Position numbers and translations under genes: made by a program. DNA of 63,996 nt, the filler included, from Basidiobolus ranarum (lineage: Eukaryota): assembly GCA_040143965.1 (NCBI GenBank). It is 3 parts of 3 records of this genome, joined end to end, with 100 filler letters (N's around TTAATTAATTAA, not from the genome) between each part and the next. Parts side by side here need not be neighbours in the genome. Positions count along the whole stretch, not along the records: positions 1 to 21,385 come from JASJQH010000206.1; 2 more parts are not named here. One strand, given 5' to 3'. Under the pieces are notes generated by a model that worked only from the letters and a program-made list of their open reading frames with translations, did not search any database and had not been told where the DNA came from. Below, piece by piece: positions 1 to 12,497 of this stretch; within the stretch, counting starts at the first letter, position 1, and every line of letters starts with the position of its first letter.

Positions 1-1074
1 ATCTACGAATGCTTTATTGAATACACATCTTCTTTGATCGCAGCCGCTAGCTACTACTTATCTATGACAATGCTAGGTAAAACCACTTGGGTAAACTACA
101 AACCTATCTCTACTCAATTCGCTCATTTAGTAACATCTATACAATATTTAGACTTTAACTCATCAACATTACTCCGGCTTTGAAGAGGAGATGTTGTTGC
201 CATGTGCTCGTGAACTACTCAAACGGCTTGAAACACCTAATCAACACATGGGGATATACACGAAGTATGCGGACTCGTCATACATGAACGCATCAAAGTT
301 CGTTGCCGAGTATTTGTCTATACACAAGGATGACTTATGATAGCGAATATCTCTACCATGGCCTATAAAAGAATAATGATGTGAATATTCAAATACCCAA
401 GCATTACATAATCACCGATAGTAGAGGAGGAAAGAGTTACCATTTGTGTCTTTCTTTTATTGAGCATTTGAGCAGTGAATGAACATCAAGAGTATAATCA
501 TATTTTTGTGTAGTGAACAGTGCTTGAAGAGAAAACCCACTTGTCATTCCAATTCCCAAGTTAAAGTAAAATATACCATTTCGAGATGTTGAAGGTCGAT
601 CAACTAGCTGGTACTCAACATTTTGAAATAAAATTAAACAATACAATTGTCTCATTAAATCTGGTCTGCCTAGTAAATCAAATCTAACGGCGCAGGGTCA
701 ACAATGAACCCGGCGATATATTAAAATGGATCGTGATATTGTAAGTGAACAAATCACTCTAAATACCTGCTTCTAGGGAAAGCAGAATCAGTGTAGTAGA
801 ATGTTTGGTCCAGTACCGTTGGGCATTCTATGTTTGTAGAGTCATACGCACCAGTATATCGTAACTATAAGTTCCAAAGAGGTGGGATGGTGATAGTGCT
901 ATCTTATTATTAAATATGTATGGAAGCCGAATAATGAAATAGAATGTTTAAGTTAAACTAATACCAAGGCTTTTTGGTTCTGGCTTCGAATACTGTACAT
1001 AGAAGAATATATGTATTAAGTAGCACGTTACTATTAAGTGCTAGACACTTCGTAATGAAGTCTCTTGTGATAAT

Positions 1075-3366
1075 TCACATCTGTTCAGTTTCCATCGGGG
1101 TAGGAGTTTGTACAGGACTGCCATTTGTAGGTGTCTCATTTTGGGTGTCGCCATCATCTTCTGTTTCCATTTCTTCGTCTTCATCTGCATTCATCTTGTG
1201 CTCATCATCAGGCTCCGACTTGATCTTAACTGAACTATCATCTCGAACAATTGGATGGCGATCAGCCGAAGCTATTGTCGCTTTACCATTTGCTTCGGTC
1301 TCTTTCTCAACATCTTTCTCAAAACGAGTGGATGGTCCGGTAAGTGGGAAGCCAGTGTGTTCCGATTTGGTCGAAGGTTCATCGATGGAAGAGGGTTTCG
1401 GAATTTTACGAGCACGATCTCTTGATTCCTTTTTACGGTTTCTTCTGGAGGAGCGAGAGCTCTGATCTTTATGATTCGTTTCATCGCGCCGACCATCATC
1501 ATCTTCCGAATCAGATAATTCAGTATCTGGGACAATTCTGGCATCATATTGTTGTGTGGTGACTCTTACATCCGGATCTCCTTCTTCCTCATCAGAAGAG
1601 AAATCTCTAGGTACCTCTTGCATTTGGACAGATGGTGCAAATGGAATTTGTCTTAAGTTGTCGATTACTTGGGCTCGAATTTTCTCGAGGTACTCTCGAG
1701 TATTAAGATTCTCCATATTATTTGCTGGAACGCCAAGCTTATAATCGGGCCCGAAGTACTCATAATAATCGTTGTATGGTAAATTTTCATCCAATTCCTC
1801 ATTTAAAATGACTCCCGTCTCATAAGCCCAAGTGCGCGAGACATTTCTAATGGTATATCCACCCCCGCCCAAAAAGAGAAGGGGAACATTGAAGGTTCTC
1901 ATGAATTTGACACAGTGGCCGTGTCCTGTTATTCAGAGTTATAACAATGTAAGAGCCACATTCTATAAATAGATTCTCCTTGATAAACACAAACCTTTCA
2001 TAGACAGATTGAAGCATCCCAATCTGTCTCCGGCGAGTGAATCTGTTCCACACTGCATAACTACTGCGCCGGGTCTGTACCATTCCATTACGTGGCTAAT
2101 AACCTAGTGTTACCGTTTAGGTTATATGATGAAAGCTCAATTAGAAGGAAATTAGAGGATCTACCGATTCAAAGACTACTTTGTAGGACTCATCGTCAAT
2201 GCCATCATGCATAGGAAAATTCACTGCGTAATGCTTTCCTTTTCCAATCCCAACGTCCTAGAATATCATAATGTAAAAGTTACTACGTGAGGATACTACA
2301 TCAACTATATCAGTGGGCGACTATACATCGATATCCCCGGTGCCAGGAAAGTACTCTCCATATTTATGAAAGGATACTGACATGACTCTGTCAGTAGTAT
2401 AGAAGGCCTCCTCAACACCATCTCCATGGTGACAATCGATGTCAATATACAACACTCTCTGATGATACCTGTTATTGGGAAAGGTACATGGTGTAAGTGG
2501 TAAAAAAAAAGAGTTTTCGTCGCTTGCGACAAGCAGCTACCTTAACAATTCCAAAATGGAGAGTACGATATCGTTCACATAGCAGAAGCCGGAGGCCTCC
2601 GTTTTTTTAGCATGATGCAAGCCGCCAGACCAGTTGATAACAATATCTGACTCTCCTCTGTTAAGTTTGTTAGCACCATCTTTAAAATGGATGTTAAAAG
2701 GGTGTCAGCTTTTTCTAAACAATAATTCTAGTTACTAATACAAAAAATCATTTGAATAGGTTACCAATTGAGCCACCGGCTGAAATAGAGCAGAATTCGT
2801 AGAGACCATCGAAGGCTGGACAATCATCACCCGATAAAACTAGTCACATACGTATGATCAATAAATTGTAATGAATTGTATATTTTCAGGTGTAATCCTG
2901 CATTGCCTTTGTTTGCTAGAAATTGAAGAAACTTACATCTGTTTTGATGAGCTACTAAGCTGTCCATATTGTCGGGGGTCACCCTCTGTAAGAAGTCTAT
3001 ATATTCGTCTGAGTGAAAGCGAGTCATTTGGGTTTTCGTTGCACGAGTTGGTCTCTAACAATCATTTGATTATATTGATAGACAGTTTTTAATTGGGATT
3101 ACTTTAGGGTACTTTAGAATGGATTTAACAGTAATTAGGCAGCGTAACTCACCAGAATCTCCATCTTTTTATGTAATCCATAGTTCACTACCAGATTGTG
3201 AGTCATTCTCATACGATGTGGCTTCATCGGATGCCCAGGGCCATATGAATAATTTCCCACATCAGCTAGAAAATCAAATTAATGGTTAAAGCAACTAGAC
3301 TCTTCGTCGAAAAGGAACTGTTGACAACTTACAATCATAATAATAAGATACTCGTTCTTTAGACAT
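1075..3366 (-). CDS. RPD3: Class I histone deacetylase (Rpd3/Clr6/HDAC1-like), multi-exon
   Basis: Spliced GT-AG exons read [100 protein letters not shown] and [18 protein letters not shown], followed by an acidic tail. Confidence 0.96.
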
Positions 3367-4206
3367 GGCGTAAGAGCTGAGAGAAAATTTCAAGTTAGAA
3401 GTGTTCAACGGTTGTATATTGAAGATTGATTCAATCAGTTTCATGATGAGATCAATACTGAGTACACATGTGATAGTGACTTCTTTTAGTACATTACCTA
3501 ATGTTTAACTGGGATATTTCCACTAAACATACCTGATTGCCCATATATATGGCACTATCACATGACTGAACTCAACTGATCAACAATGGCCAATACAACC
3601 TGCTTTGTACATAAATGGCCATATAATTGGCTTATTGGTTTAAGCTTTTAACGCATACCTGGTAACAATATATTAGTACAGATTGAGGGGTTCGTGGCGA
3701 ACTGTGTATATATCAACATGCAAACTGCGAATCGATTTTTGGTTAAAAATTCAAGCACAAGAGGCAATCGCATCTAGTGATGAATCACATCTATTCCTAT
3801 TCATAATTGGATCAATCATATATGTCATAAGCTATGTCAATCTAGTGACTTCTTAGTATGATATAATCACCATGAAAATGTTCAGATTCTTGTTTTGTTT
3901 AGCTTCTATTATGAATGATCTAATAATACCTGTTGGCATCAGGATAAAATAGACCATTGATGCATCAGCATGTACTCGGGTGACTAGTCTCTTCGGTCTA
4001 TATTTCTTCGCGTCCAATATATTTTAGATTCAATCACTTGTTGCTCTCTCTCCTTTACATTGAATACTTGTACTCACTAAAAAAATTACTACTTCAATAA
4101 GACTCGCTTTCATTCCCACAATCATATAATTAGCGACTTAATCTTTTGCACTTCTTGTTTATCTAATACTACTTACTCTCTGTAAACTATATATTACGAT
4201 CTCAAA

Positions 4207-5435
4207 ATGTCCATATCAGAAAATGACGTAGAGCGCGGTCTAACAGTAGAAGTCCTATTCGAAAATCAAAGAGGGTAAGTGCTAGCCTGGAAATATTAAG
4301 TTTTTCAATTCGACGAAGTGTGGTTAAACTCTACCTGGTTTAGGATATGGATCTGCGGTACTCCACATTTTAGCCATAGAATGTAAGTCTTCAAGTTGTG
4401 GCTATATTAGTGAGTGCGTGAACTAATGAAGTGTTCGAATTAGGTTAAATCCTTTTGACTGTTCGCCATGGACCGACAAATTTCAACGGTATGTTTTCTT
4501 GGGGCTCACAGCCAATTGCCAAAACAGTGAATTATTATAACCTAAACTTGCTCTCAACTCTAGGTATTCACCAGTAGATATCCATTCGGCTCAACTTCCT
4601 GATCCAAATTGGGTTTGGGTAAGTACCACGATGTCGCGTATATTAATATCAAAGCCCTCGTACAATAGCTAAGTTTAATACATTACAGGCAGACCCGTAC
4701 TGGTATATCGACACATCTGGAGATATTGATGAGGACGGTTGGGAGTATGCTTTTATATTCCGATCCAATTCATGGCACGGTATGGTATAGCTTTAATGAA
4801 TTAAAAATAACCCACAACCATCTAAATGAATTCAAATTTTAGGAGATTTTAGGTTCTTCAGGTCTTTTGTAAGACGAAGAAAATGGGTACGACATCGTAA
4901 ACTAAAGGTCAGTATATGATGCAACTAGCATTGAGAGTAATCCTAACCATTATTCTCCATAAGGATCTCAAACCCACATTTGCCGATCGACAAATGAAAT
5001 ATACGACTCCCAATAGTCCAGACAGAGATGAGGAATCCATTCCGTCCAAATCTAAAGGAATCATTGACAAATTGAAAGAATGCCGAATCGATCGTGAACG
5101 GTTTACGCTTATAGACGATTACCTTAAATCATCTGAAAAGTCGGCGGTTCAAGAGAAGGTATTTTCCAATTATCTTTTTCAAAATTGCAACAAATCACTG
5201 ATGGATTCTACTCCCATTAGATCCACGATATTCTATGTACTCTAAGTTATTCTTCCAGTAGAACTCGGTTCATGTCGGTACGTGTTGGCAAAAAATGGGT
5301 TTTTGTAGGAACAAATTTTAACTCTTTATTCACGATCAGATGGTGAATCAACGATATCCAGAAATTGATATATCGAAGTACCTGAATGAGTTTGATTTCT
5401 ATTCTGACTACAAAGCAGTGGCAACCAACTCATAA
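4207..5435 (+). CDS. Dysferlin-domain protein, Spo73/Mug65-like, multi-exon
   Basis: Short GT-AG exons join to VLFENQRG-WICGTPHFS-PWTD-QLPDPNWVW-WYIDTSGDIDEDGWEYAF-WHG-SFVRRRKWVR, the DysF signature. Confidence 0.8.
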
Positions 5436-6982
5436 CGATGATAATATAACTTCATTCGTAATCACACCTTTATTCTCTACCAACACTCGACAATTTATCA
5501 AATGACCTTTCGTAGCTAGATTAGAACTTCAAATCCGACGATATACATTCAGAAACCACAAATTCGAACTCTTTCAGTGTAAAAATACTCGGTTTATGCA
5601 GCTGTATCTTATGAATTATCCCTCCAAAGCTAGTCTTTCCCAATGTAATCATACTCAACCTGATGAAGTAAAATTCCAGTTATGCTCTGGCTAGCTAACC
5701 TCGAGTTTCAAAAAAGTAATACAAATGGATAATAATCAACAAGACCTTTCATATATTCAGTTGATCATCAAATTATGTCATTGTCATCATCAAGTTGTAA
5801 AAAGCAATTATCTGATTCGACAGCTCTTTCCTAGTCGAAACCTTGATTCAGTGACGAGTAAAGATCGATGATTGGAACCAGAGCAAGTTTATTCAAGTAC
5901 TTTTGATGTTATCGCAAACGGGTTTAAGAGTATTATGTCCTCGAATAAGAAATGAATCACTATTATGGGCTTCGATGAAGTCATAAGCTCGATTCATCTT
6001 TTCAGAATGTAATTTCCTTGAAAACTGGTTCTAAGAATCTTTGTGATAGTCACATGGTTTTGTCGTCAGGTCTTCAGAACTAGTCTTCAGCTCATTAGGC
6101 TATAGTTATGGTCATGGTCATCATAAGCCACCTTGCTGATTGTCAAGCCATTAACAAGGAGATTTTGATGTGGAGATATGCATCAAATTTGACAGTATTC
6201 ATACCCTTGATAGTTGTTACCAAGACAGAAGGATATCAATGGTGGTATGAAGATAGCGAGTATTAACAGATACCAGATTAACTGCGATATTGTTCTAATC
6301 CAAATAGATGGTCACTTTGATTGAGGATATGTTCTGGAATTTCAAAGCAATCTGTTGTTCACTCCAACACTATATATCATTGTAGAACCATCAGCTGTCT
6401 AATATTAGATAAGAGCTCCAAGGTCAATAACTAAATTTCAGATACGATTTACAGAGGGCAGAGAAATGTAGAGATGCTTTGCTCAGCTCAGAGGGTTTAC
6501 TTATTTGTCCTAGCAAAGAAGCTCGAACTATATTGATTACCAAATAATAAAAAATCTCTTCGGATAAACTTGAGAAGATTAACATATCCATAATCTGATA
6601 TGCAAATACACTTCGAACATCTCTAAGCATACTCAGTAATCTGTAGCGTAACATGGCTCAAGAGAAGTCTTGATTCATGAATATTAAACGTCTTCTCACA
6701 TATGGCCTGCTTTTTTAGTGGACCATTTTATTGACGGAATTCAAGTCAAAATCTGATTAAGAAAAGGGCCAATCAGTTATCGTAAATGTAACTACCATAG
6801 TGCTTTGCGATAGAAGTGAAGATACAAAAATAAAAGTACCAAGAAAGTAATCCGTAAAAATAGTAACAATGAGTATATAGATATTTCATGTGTGAAGAGT
6901 ATTTACAGTGCCCTTGGTGTAGAGCAGTCTTCCCAGCTTAATAATCTGATTCAAATAACGACTACCGAATTGAATTTCAAGC

Positions 6983-8273
6983 CTATAAAGAACTAGTTGC
7001 AGCGGGTGGCATTGGATCCTCTGCATCGGTCGTCTCATTAAACTCGATGTCACGTTTACACAACGGACATGTACGGTTTAATTTTAGCCATTCATCAATA
7101 CAAGTGACATGGAAATAATGTAGACATCTCATCTCTCGTAAGTTTTCTCCATCCTCGTACTCTTCTAAGCAAATACAACAAGTTGCATCCTCTTCAGAGA
7201 GATTGGCAACTTCTGTGATATCATCCTCTCTATCTTCAAGATCCTTAGCTTTTAGTTTTTCCTTCGATCTGTTTCTTTTAAATACCCTTAATAACATCCG
7301 AGTGAATAAGTTGGAACGAGATGTACTTTCAGATTGTGTGATAGCGCGTAGAATTTCAATCGAGTTCTTAGCAGTGGAAGGTCCAGTGCTCTCGGGGTTT
7401 TTGCTAGTTTTGTGATATTTCACTATTTTCAGTTTGGCAATACTTTCTTCATTTGCTCCAGTGTCCAACACCTCTCCAATTCTCAAAGCTCGTAAGATGA
7501 TAAGTATACACGGTAAACATAATATAGTTGCACACAAAAGAATAGGAACGATGATTTTCAAATAGCCGAATATCACTAGTGCTAAGGCCAATCCGTAAAT
7601 AGCAGGTGAGCCAGAAGCACATACTTCAGTCGTAAATATGAGATAATTTCCAATTAAAAAGAGTATCGTTCCAAAGAGGTCCAATATACTTCTGCTACGA
7701 TTTACTGAGTTCAAAAGTAATGAGGTAGAGAAACGCGGATTCCGCCCATCTGGATGTAAGTAATATATCCCGACTAGTGGCATGTATAAAAAGAGCTTGA
7801 GCGCACTAGCGATTAGATAAAAACGAAAGAGTGACTCGCAAGTTTGATATATTGTGCTACTCAGAACACTAACTATAGCAAGGAGCTGTTAGTAGCATTT
7901 GTGTTAGCATTATTTGACCACATAATTTTAGAAACGAAATCTAGAATAATACCTGGACTATAATCATGAATACGGATAAAGTCAACATGACCCTATAATA
8001 ACGTGAGATGGATCGATAGCGGTATAGAGAATAGGCAAACCAGTTGTTTCTCCTATACGTTGTAGAACCAGCTGTCTGGGAATGAGTACTACTTGCTACT
8101 GAAAAACGTGGACTGTTTGTCTGCTCAATTTCTCGTGGGGAAGAGGTGGTACTAAGTAAAGGGCTTGATCCATCGTGAGCGGTGGGCCTCAGAGGAGGAG
8201 TAGTGGAAATAGTTATGTCAGTTAGTGGTATGTTGATGGCAGTGTCATTGCTAATGCCGAGAGATCCCCTCAT
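6983..8273 (-). CDS. Multi-pass transmembrane RING-H2 E3 ubiquitin ligase
   Basis: Two exons (intron about 7886-7952), several hydrophobic helices, and a C-terminal CCICLEEY...CLHYFHVTCIDEWL...CPLC RING-H2. Confidence 0.9.
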
Positions 8274-9408
8274 GGTAGAGGCTTCTACACGATGGCAGGA
8301 AAGAGAAGATGACAATTGGTTGTTATGGAGGAAGAAGAATTCAACAGACCAACTCAACCAGAGGCTGAAACTAGGATTAAAGACAAACCTAACTCAATGC
8401 AAATCAGGATTGAGACATTAGAAGCTGTATGTGGTACTGTAACCATGAAGAGATTTGAAGATATGTTTGGCACCCTATCTTTTCATTGATTGGCGACTCA
8501 AGTACTTAAATTTTCTTATTTTGGCAATTCCTGTTTCCATTGTAAATAACTGTCTGTTTGAGAATTCACCATACATCCGATATGGCAGTCACTTCACTGT
8601 AGGCTCCATAAGGAATAGAGATAAAGCACGTTTTACGGTTATTTAAGACAGTAGAGACACGTTTGGGGAAACTTGATATATGTACATGGGTAGGTGGTAC
8701 TGAGCTTAATTTCTAAGGCATGTCACTGTTTGCGAGCTTTCCTGCGCATCTGTACTGACTCTCGTACTAACTGTAGGCCGTCATCAGTGAGGCTGTTGAT
8801 ACCCTCTGTTACACTAATTTGTCACTAGGGTGCTAGCAGAGCCCCCGTCATTTCATTCATAGATCTTCTATATCTCACGCGTCTGATGAGTCATAAAATC
8901 ACTAACGCAGAATATGGATCTTTTGTTGTCAAAGTGCTCACTCCATCTTGTATTCTATCGATGATGTTGTGTGTATGGGCCCTCTCTTTTGAATTACAAG
9001 GAATACAGGGCACTATTGACTGCATTCTTTTACAGCAACTTTGTATATCATGAGCAAGTACTATTATGTTAGGGGACAATGACTTAGTACCTGAAGGGCA
9101 TGTTACATAATCCTTTGAGGTAACACGCAAACGGACTTGCAACGGTCTGGCACAAGGTTTAGTGTGACGTTTCTTAGTATATCAAATCAATTGAAGGTAC
9201 ATGTATAGAATGAAAGGAGCGACCGGATTAGAGGGGACGAGGGTTGAATGAATAGTTTGTAATAGGCAGGGTTATGGTAAATTGGTTTGATGATTAATTA
9301 GAACTGAACCTTTTCATATATGCGTAAGTGACGCCATAAATAAATAAATATTCTTTTAAAATTGAATCCCAGGACCTAGCCTGGGCCATTTAAATTACCT
9401 TTTAACAG

Positions 9409-10781
9409 TCATTGATAAGAGTTTCCAGTGACACAAGTTCTAGGGAATCCACCGATGGTTGAGTTTGTAGTTAGGTTGGATCCAATCAGCCAGTCCAATC
9501 CCATTTCATCAGTAATTGCCAACTCGTCTCCAACGCTCACATCGATTTCGCCATCCTGTCGAGGTTTATAGGGAAGAATGGCCGACATTACGAATGAGTA
9601 ATCAGGTAATGCCTCTGCTTCATGGCATTTCTCCGTAGAGCTGGTGTAACTGGGTTGAGTACCCAACATAGGCACTACTGATAATCGGTAGATTGTTGGC
9701 TTTGGATAAGCAGATCGAGCAGGATTGGTGGGTAGGATGTAGCCTGGATATGCTACCAATTAGTACATCATTGTTTATCATTAAACCAAGGTTCATTTAA
9801 TGAATGAGACAAGATTCTACTTACCTTCAGACATTTCAGGCTGTGCTCTCTCATGTGACAATGTAGATAGTTGACCATTTATTTTAGCTCGAGCTGATAT
9901 AACAGCAGGATGCATACTCGGGTGCATTGAATTTCCATGCCCCTCATCACTAGAGGACAACAAAGGAGGTGGATGCACTCTACGTGGGGTAGTTGGTACA
10001 TCATGCAAGTCGATATAACCTTATATACATAAGAAAGTTGAGAAAGTGCCAAATTAAATGTAATTATTGAGACTAAGACTACCTTGCAGATCTTTAGCTG
10101 ACTTAGGCCAGCTACTGGCTTGACGGCGTTTGATATATATATATGAGAAGAATCCAAGAATGATACATAGAATCAGCGCCACTCCAGCAATGATACCGAT
10201 TCCAGCGGCTAGTGGTAATCCTAGAAGCTTATTAGGTACGCCTAAGGATTGCTCAACTTTATCAACTCCTGTAAGGCTAGAGTATCCAACTTGTTTAGGG
10301 AGATGAGATGTGAAGAGGGCTCTTTCAGAGTTACTGGATTTCGCTAAGATGGTAATCGAGGTCACATCGATATACACATGACAAATATGTTATTATAAAT
10401 ATGATATACATACTTGTTTGCGTTGTGAATGTTGAGCTATAATTATTAATCACTGAATTTCTTTTTACAACTAAAAGTGGCGTGGTTTCTGACGACATTA
10501 AAGTGAAGGTTGGAGCTAACGTAGCCTCGCTGCTCGACGGTTCATATTTACTGTCTCTCCTCCTATTCCTATAGACAGTTGAAGTGGGTGTTGAACTACT
10601 CAGTTGCAACAAGGAAATAATAGTAACGTATTAGTAAGGCGAAATGAATAGTAATCAATCATTATACTTACAAGTGGGAAGGATTTGTATTCCAATATCT
10701 ATGTTGCTCAGAGTTACTGGCACTTTGTACGAAGGCGAGATTAAGGCATAGTGCAGAGAATGCCAAGTATCCATTTACCAT
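9409..10781 (-). CDS. Single-pass membrane protein: signal peptide, Ser/Thr-rich ectodomain, TM helix, C-terminal SH3 domain
   Basis: Five exons joined in frame: N-terminus MVNGYLAFSALCLNLAFVQS, TM AAGIGIIAGVALILCIILGFFSYIYIKRR, and SH3 AILPYKPRQDGEIDVSVGD...DWLIG...GGFPRTCV. Confidence 0.75.
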
Positions 10782-12497
10782 TTTCTTCTCTCCAAATTTG
10801 GTGAATATTAAAACCAAGGGTACTCTCAAAACGAATTATTTTAGATCAGAATAGAGCTGCCGTTTGCTAGATTGTGTTCCAGGTGTAAGGAATCAAGTTG
10901 AGCGGCAATGATATAAAAATCTGATAGATGATCACTAGCGAAATTATGTACCAGCTACTTCGAGGTGTTTAAAGCTATCTATAACGAACAGATTTCTAAT
11001 AACAATAGTTCCAAGTTGTAAATGGAGGCAGGCGTTTTAAATAGAGAAACTTGACGTGGGCGGAGATTTCACAATTTATTCACAACTGTAAAGCGGGGTA
11101 AGGTAGTGCACAGTTGAAAGTGGGGGCCGGAGAAGGTTGATTGGGAAACATTATGCAGCTAAGAGCGGGCGATTTTTGGCTACAGAGCACGAATGAACTA
11201 ACGAGAGTTAAAATTACTCGAACTATTCAGCATAGTGGCATAGTCCCAACTATTTTCTCTGGATTCATTTACAACTTTCAGCATTTACATGTTCAAATAT
11301 CCACTTTTCTCAAACTCTTTATATCATTCCATCGCTGATTCAATTGCCGAGAATTGTCTAGAGGTGACATGTAACGGAGCTAATCAATAAACTTCAAATT
11401 AGATACACAGAGATAGTTTCGTACCTTACACATCTGAATCCTATTCTAGCTGTAGGCCTCCTTTTCAGTTGCCTCCAAGTCTAACTTCACTCATATCTAT
11501 CATTACATTGCCGTGCGTAGTTTTTCACTATTATACGCTTAAATACGTTTATAGTATGTGGGATGCAGCTCTGAACAATTGCCCAAGATGCACCATCAGG
11601 ATTTGTACTAATTTGAAACTTGGTTATATTTCAGTGCCAATTGTACATATATGTTTTCGACATCAACAGTCGCAAAATACCTCAGAGTGTAGTAAGTGAG
11701 TGGTTGTAGCTTGCATAAGATGGGAATTAAAAATAGAAAATGATCTAGGCAAATATGAGCTAAGTTGTAGGATAATGAACACCTGAATCAGGATAATTCT
11801 CCGTAAAAGTGAGAAGCAAGGCAAACCGTTAAGGACATTCAACTATGAACAGTAATGCATGTGTACTAAGCATTACGATTTAGGATAAAATGCATTACTA
11901 ACTTTAATTCCACTTTGTTGAGAAAGATTGTTCCAAGTCGACATAATCTCTGCCAGCGGCTTTATCTATTTCTTCCATAGTCATACCAAATTACAAATGT
12001 CAGATTATATAACGACTTGATATTCAGTGATATCTAGATAAGACGATTTTTTATGTGATACCTTGGAAGCTGTGGGAGTGGATCTTACACTAGCGTGGCC
12101 AACAACTACAATAATTTCTATTTGTTATATTCTCTTATCATGTTGCATTAGTATAGCAAGTGAGATCATGATGAACTTTCACCTAAGTTATCGGAAGGTT
12201 GGCCATAAAGAACACACTCCGAATCAGCATAGTGAATATACGAGAAACAGTCTGTTATTCCTGAAAAATATTAGACATTCACCTCATGCATAATACTACG
12301 ATATATTCAGGATTACACTGGCCGCAGTTATCAATGCTATCCGAGTCCACCAGTCATCAGAGATTTTACTGCGCGTACCGATCAAAACACAAAAAACAGT
12401 CTCATAATATTTTGTATTTACTGCTCTCAGCATAATAAATAGTTTGGCGGTCAGAACGTTGGGAACGTGTCCTTTATGGATATTAACCCTTTTAAAT

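Noticed and set aside
1-660. Exon-like minus-strand fragments at the window start
   Set aside because: No consistent frame across the putative intron and no recognisable product.
974-1744. Plus-strand ORFs antisense to RPD3, and similar antisense ORFs over RPL32, ATP1, FIP1 and CDC55
   Set aside because: Shadow ORFs arising from codon bias of the real genes on the opposite strand.
2368-2378. GTATCCTTT on the minus strand in RPD3, resembling a U12 donor
   Set aside because: It is exonic and encodes the conserved VSFHK motif.
5500-6700. Intergenic stretch with short coding-like fragments, possibly a transposon relic
   Set aside because: Many stops; no transposase, RT or integrase motif and no terminal repeats seen.
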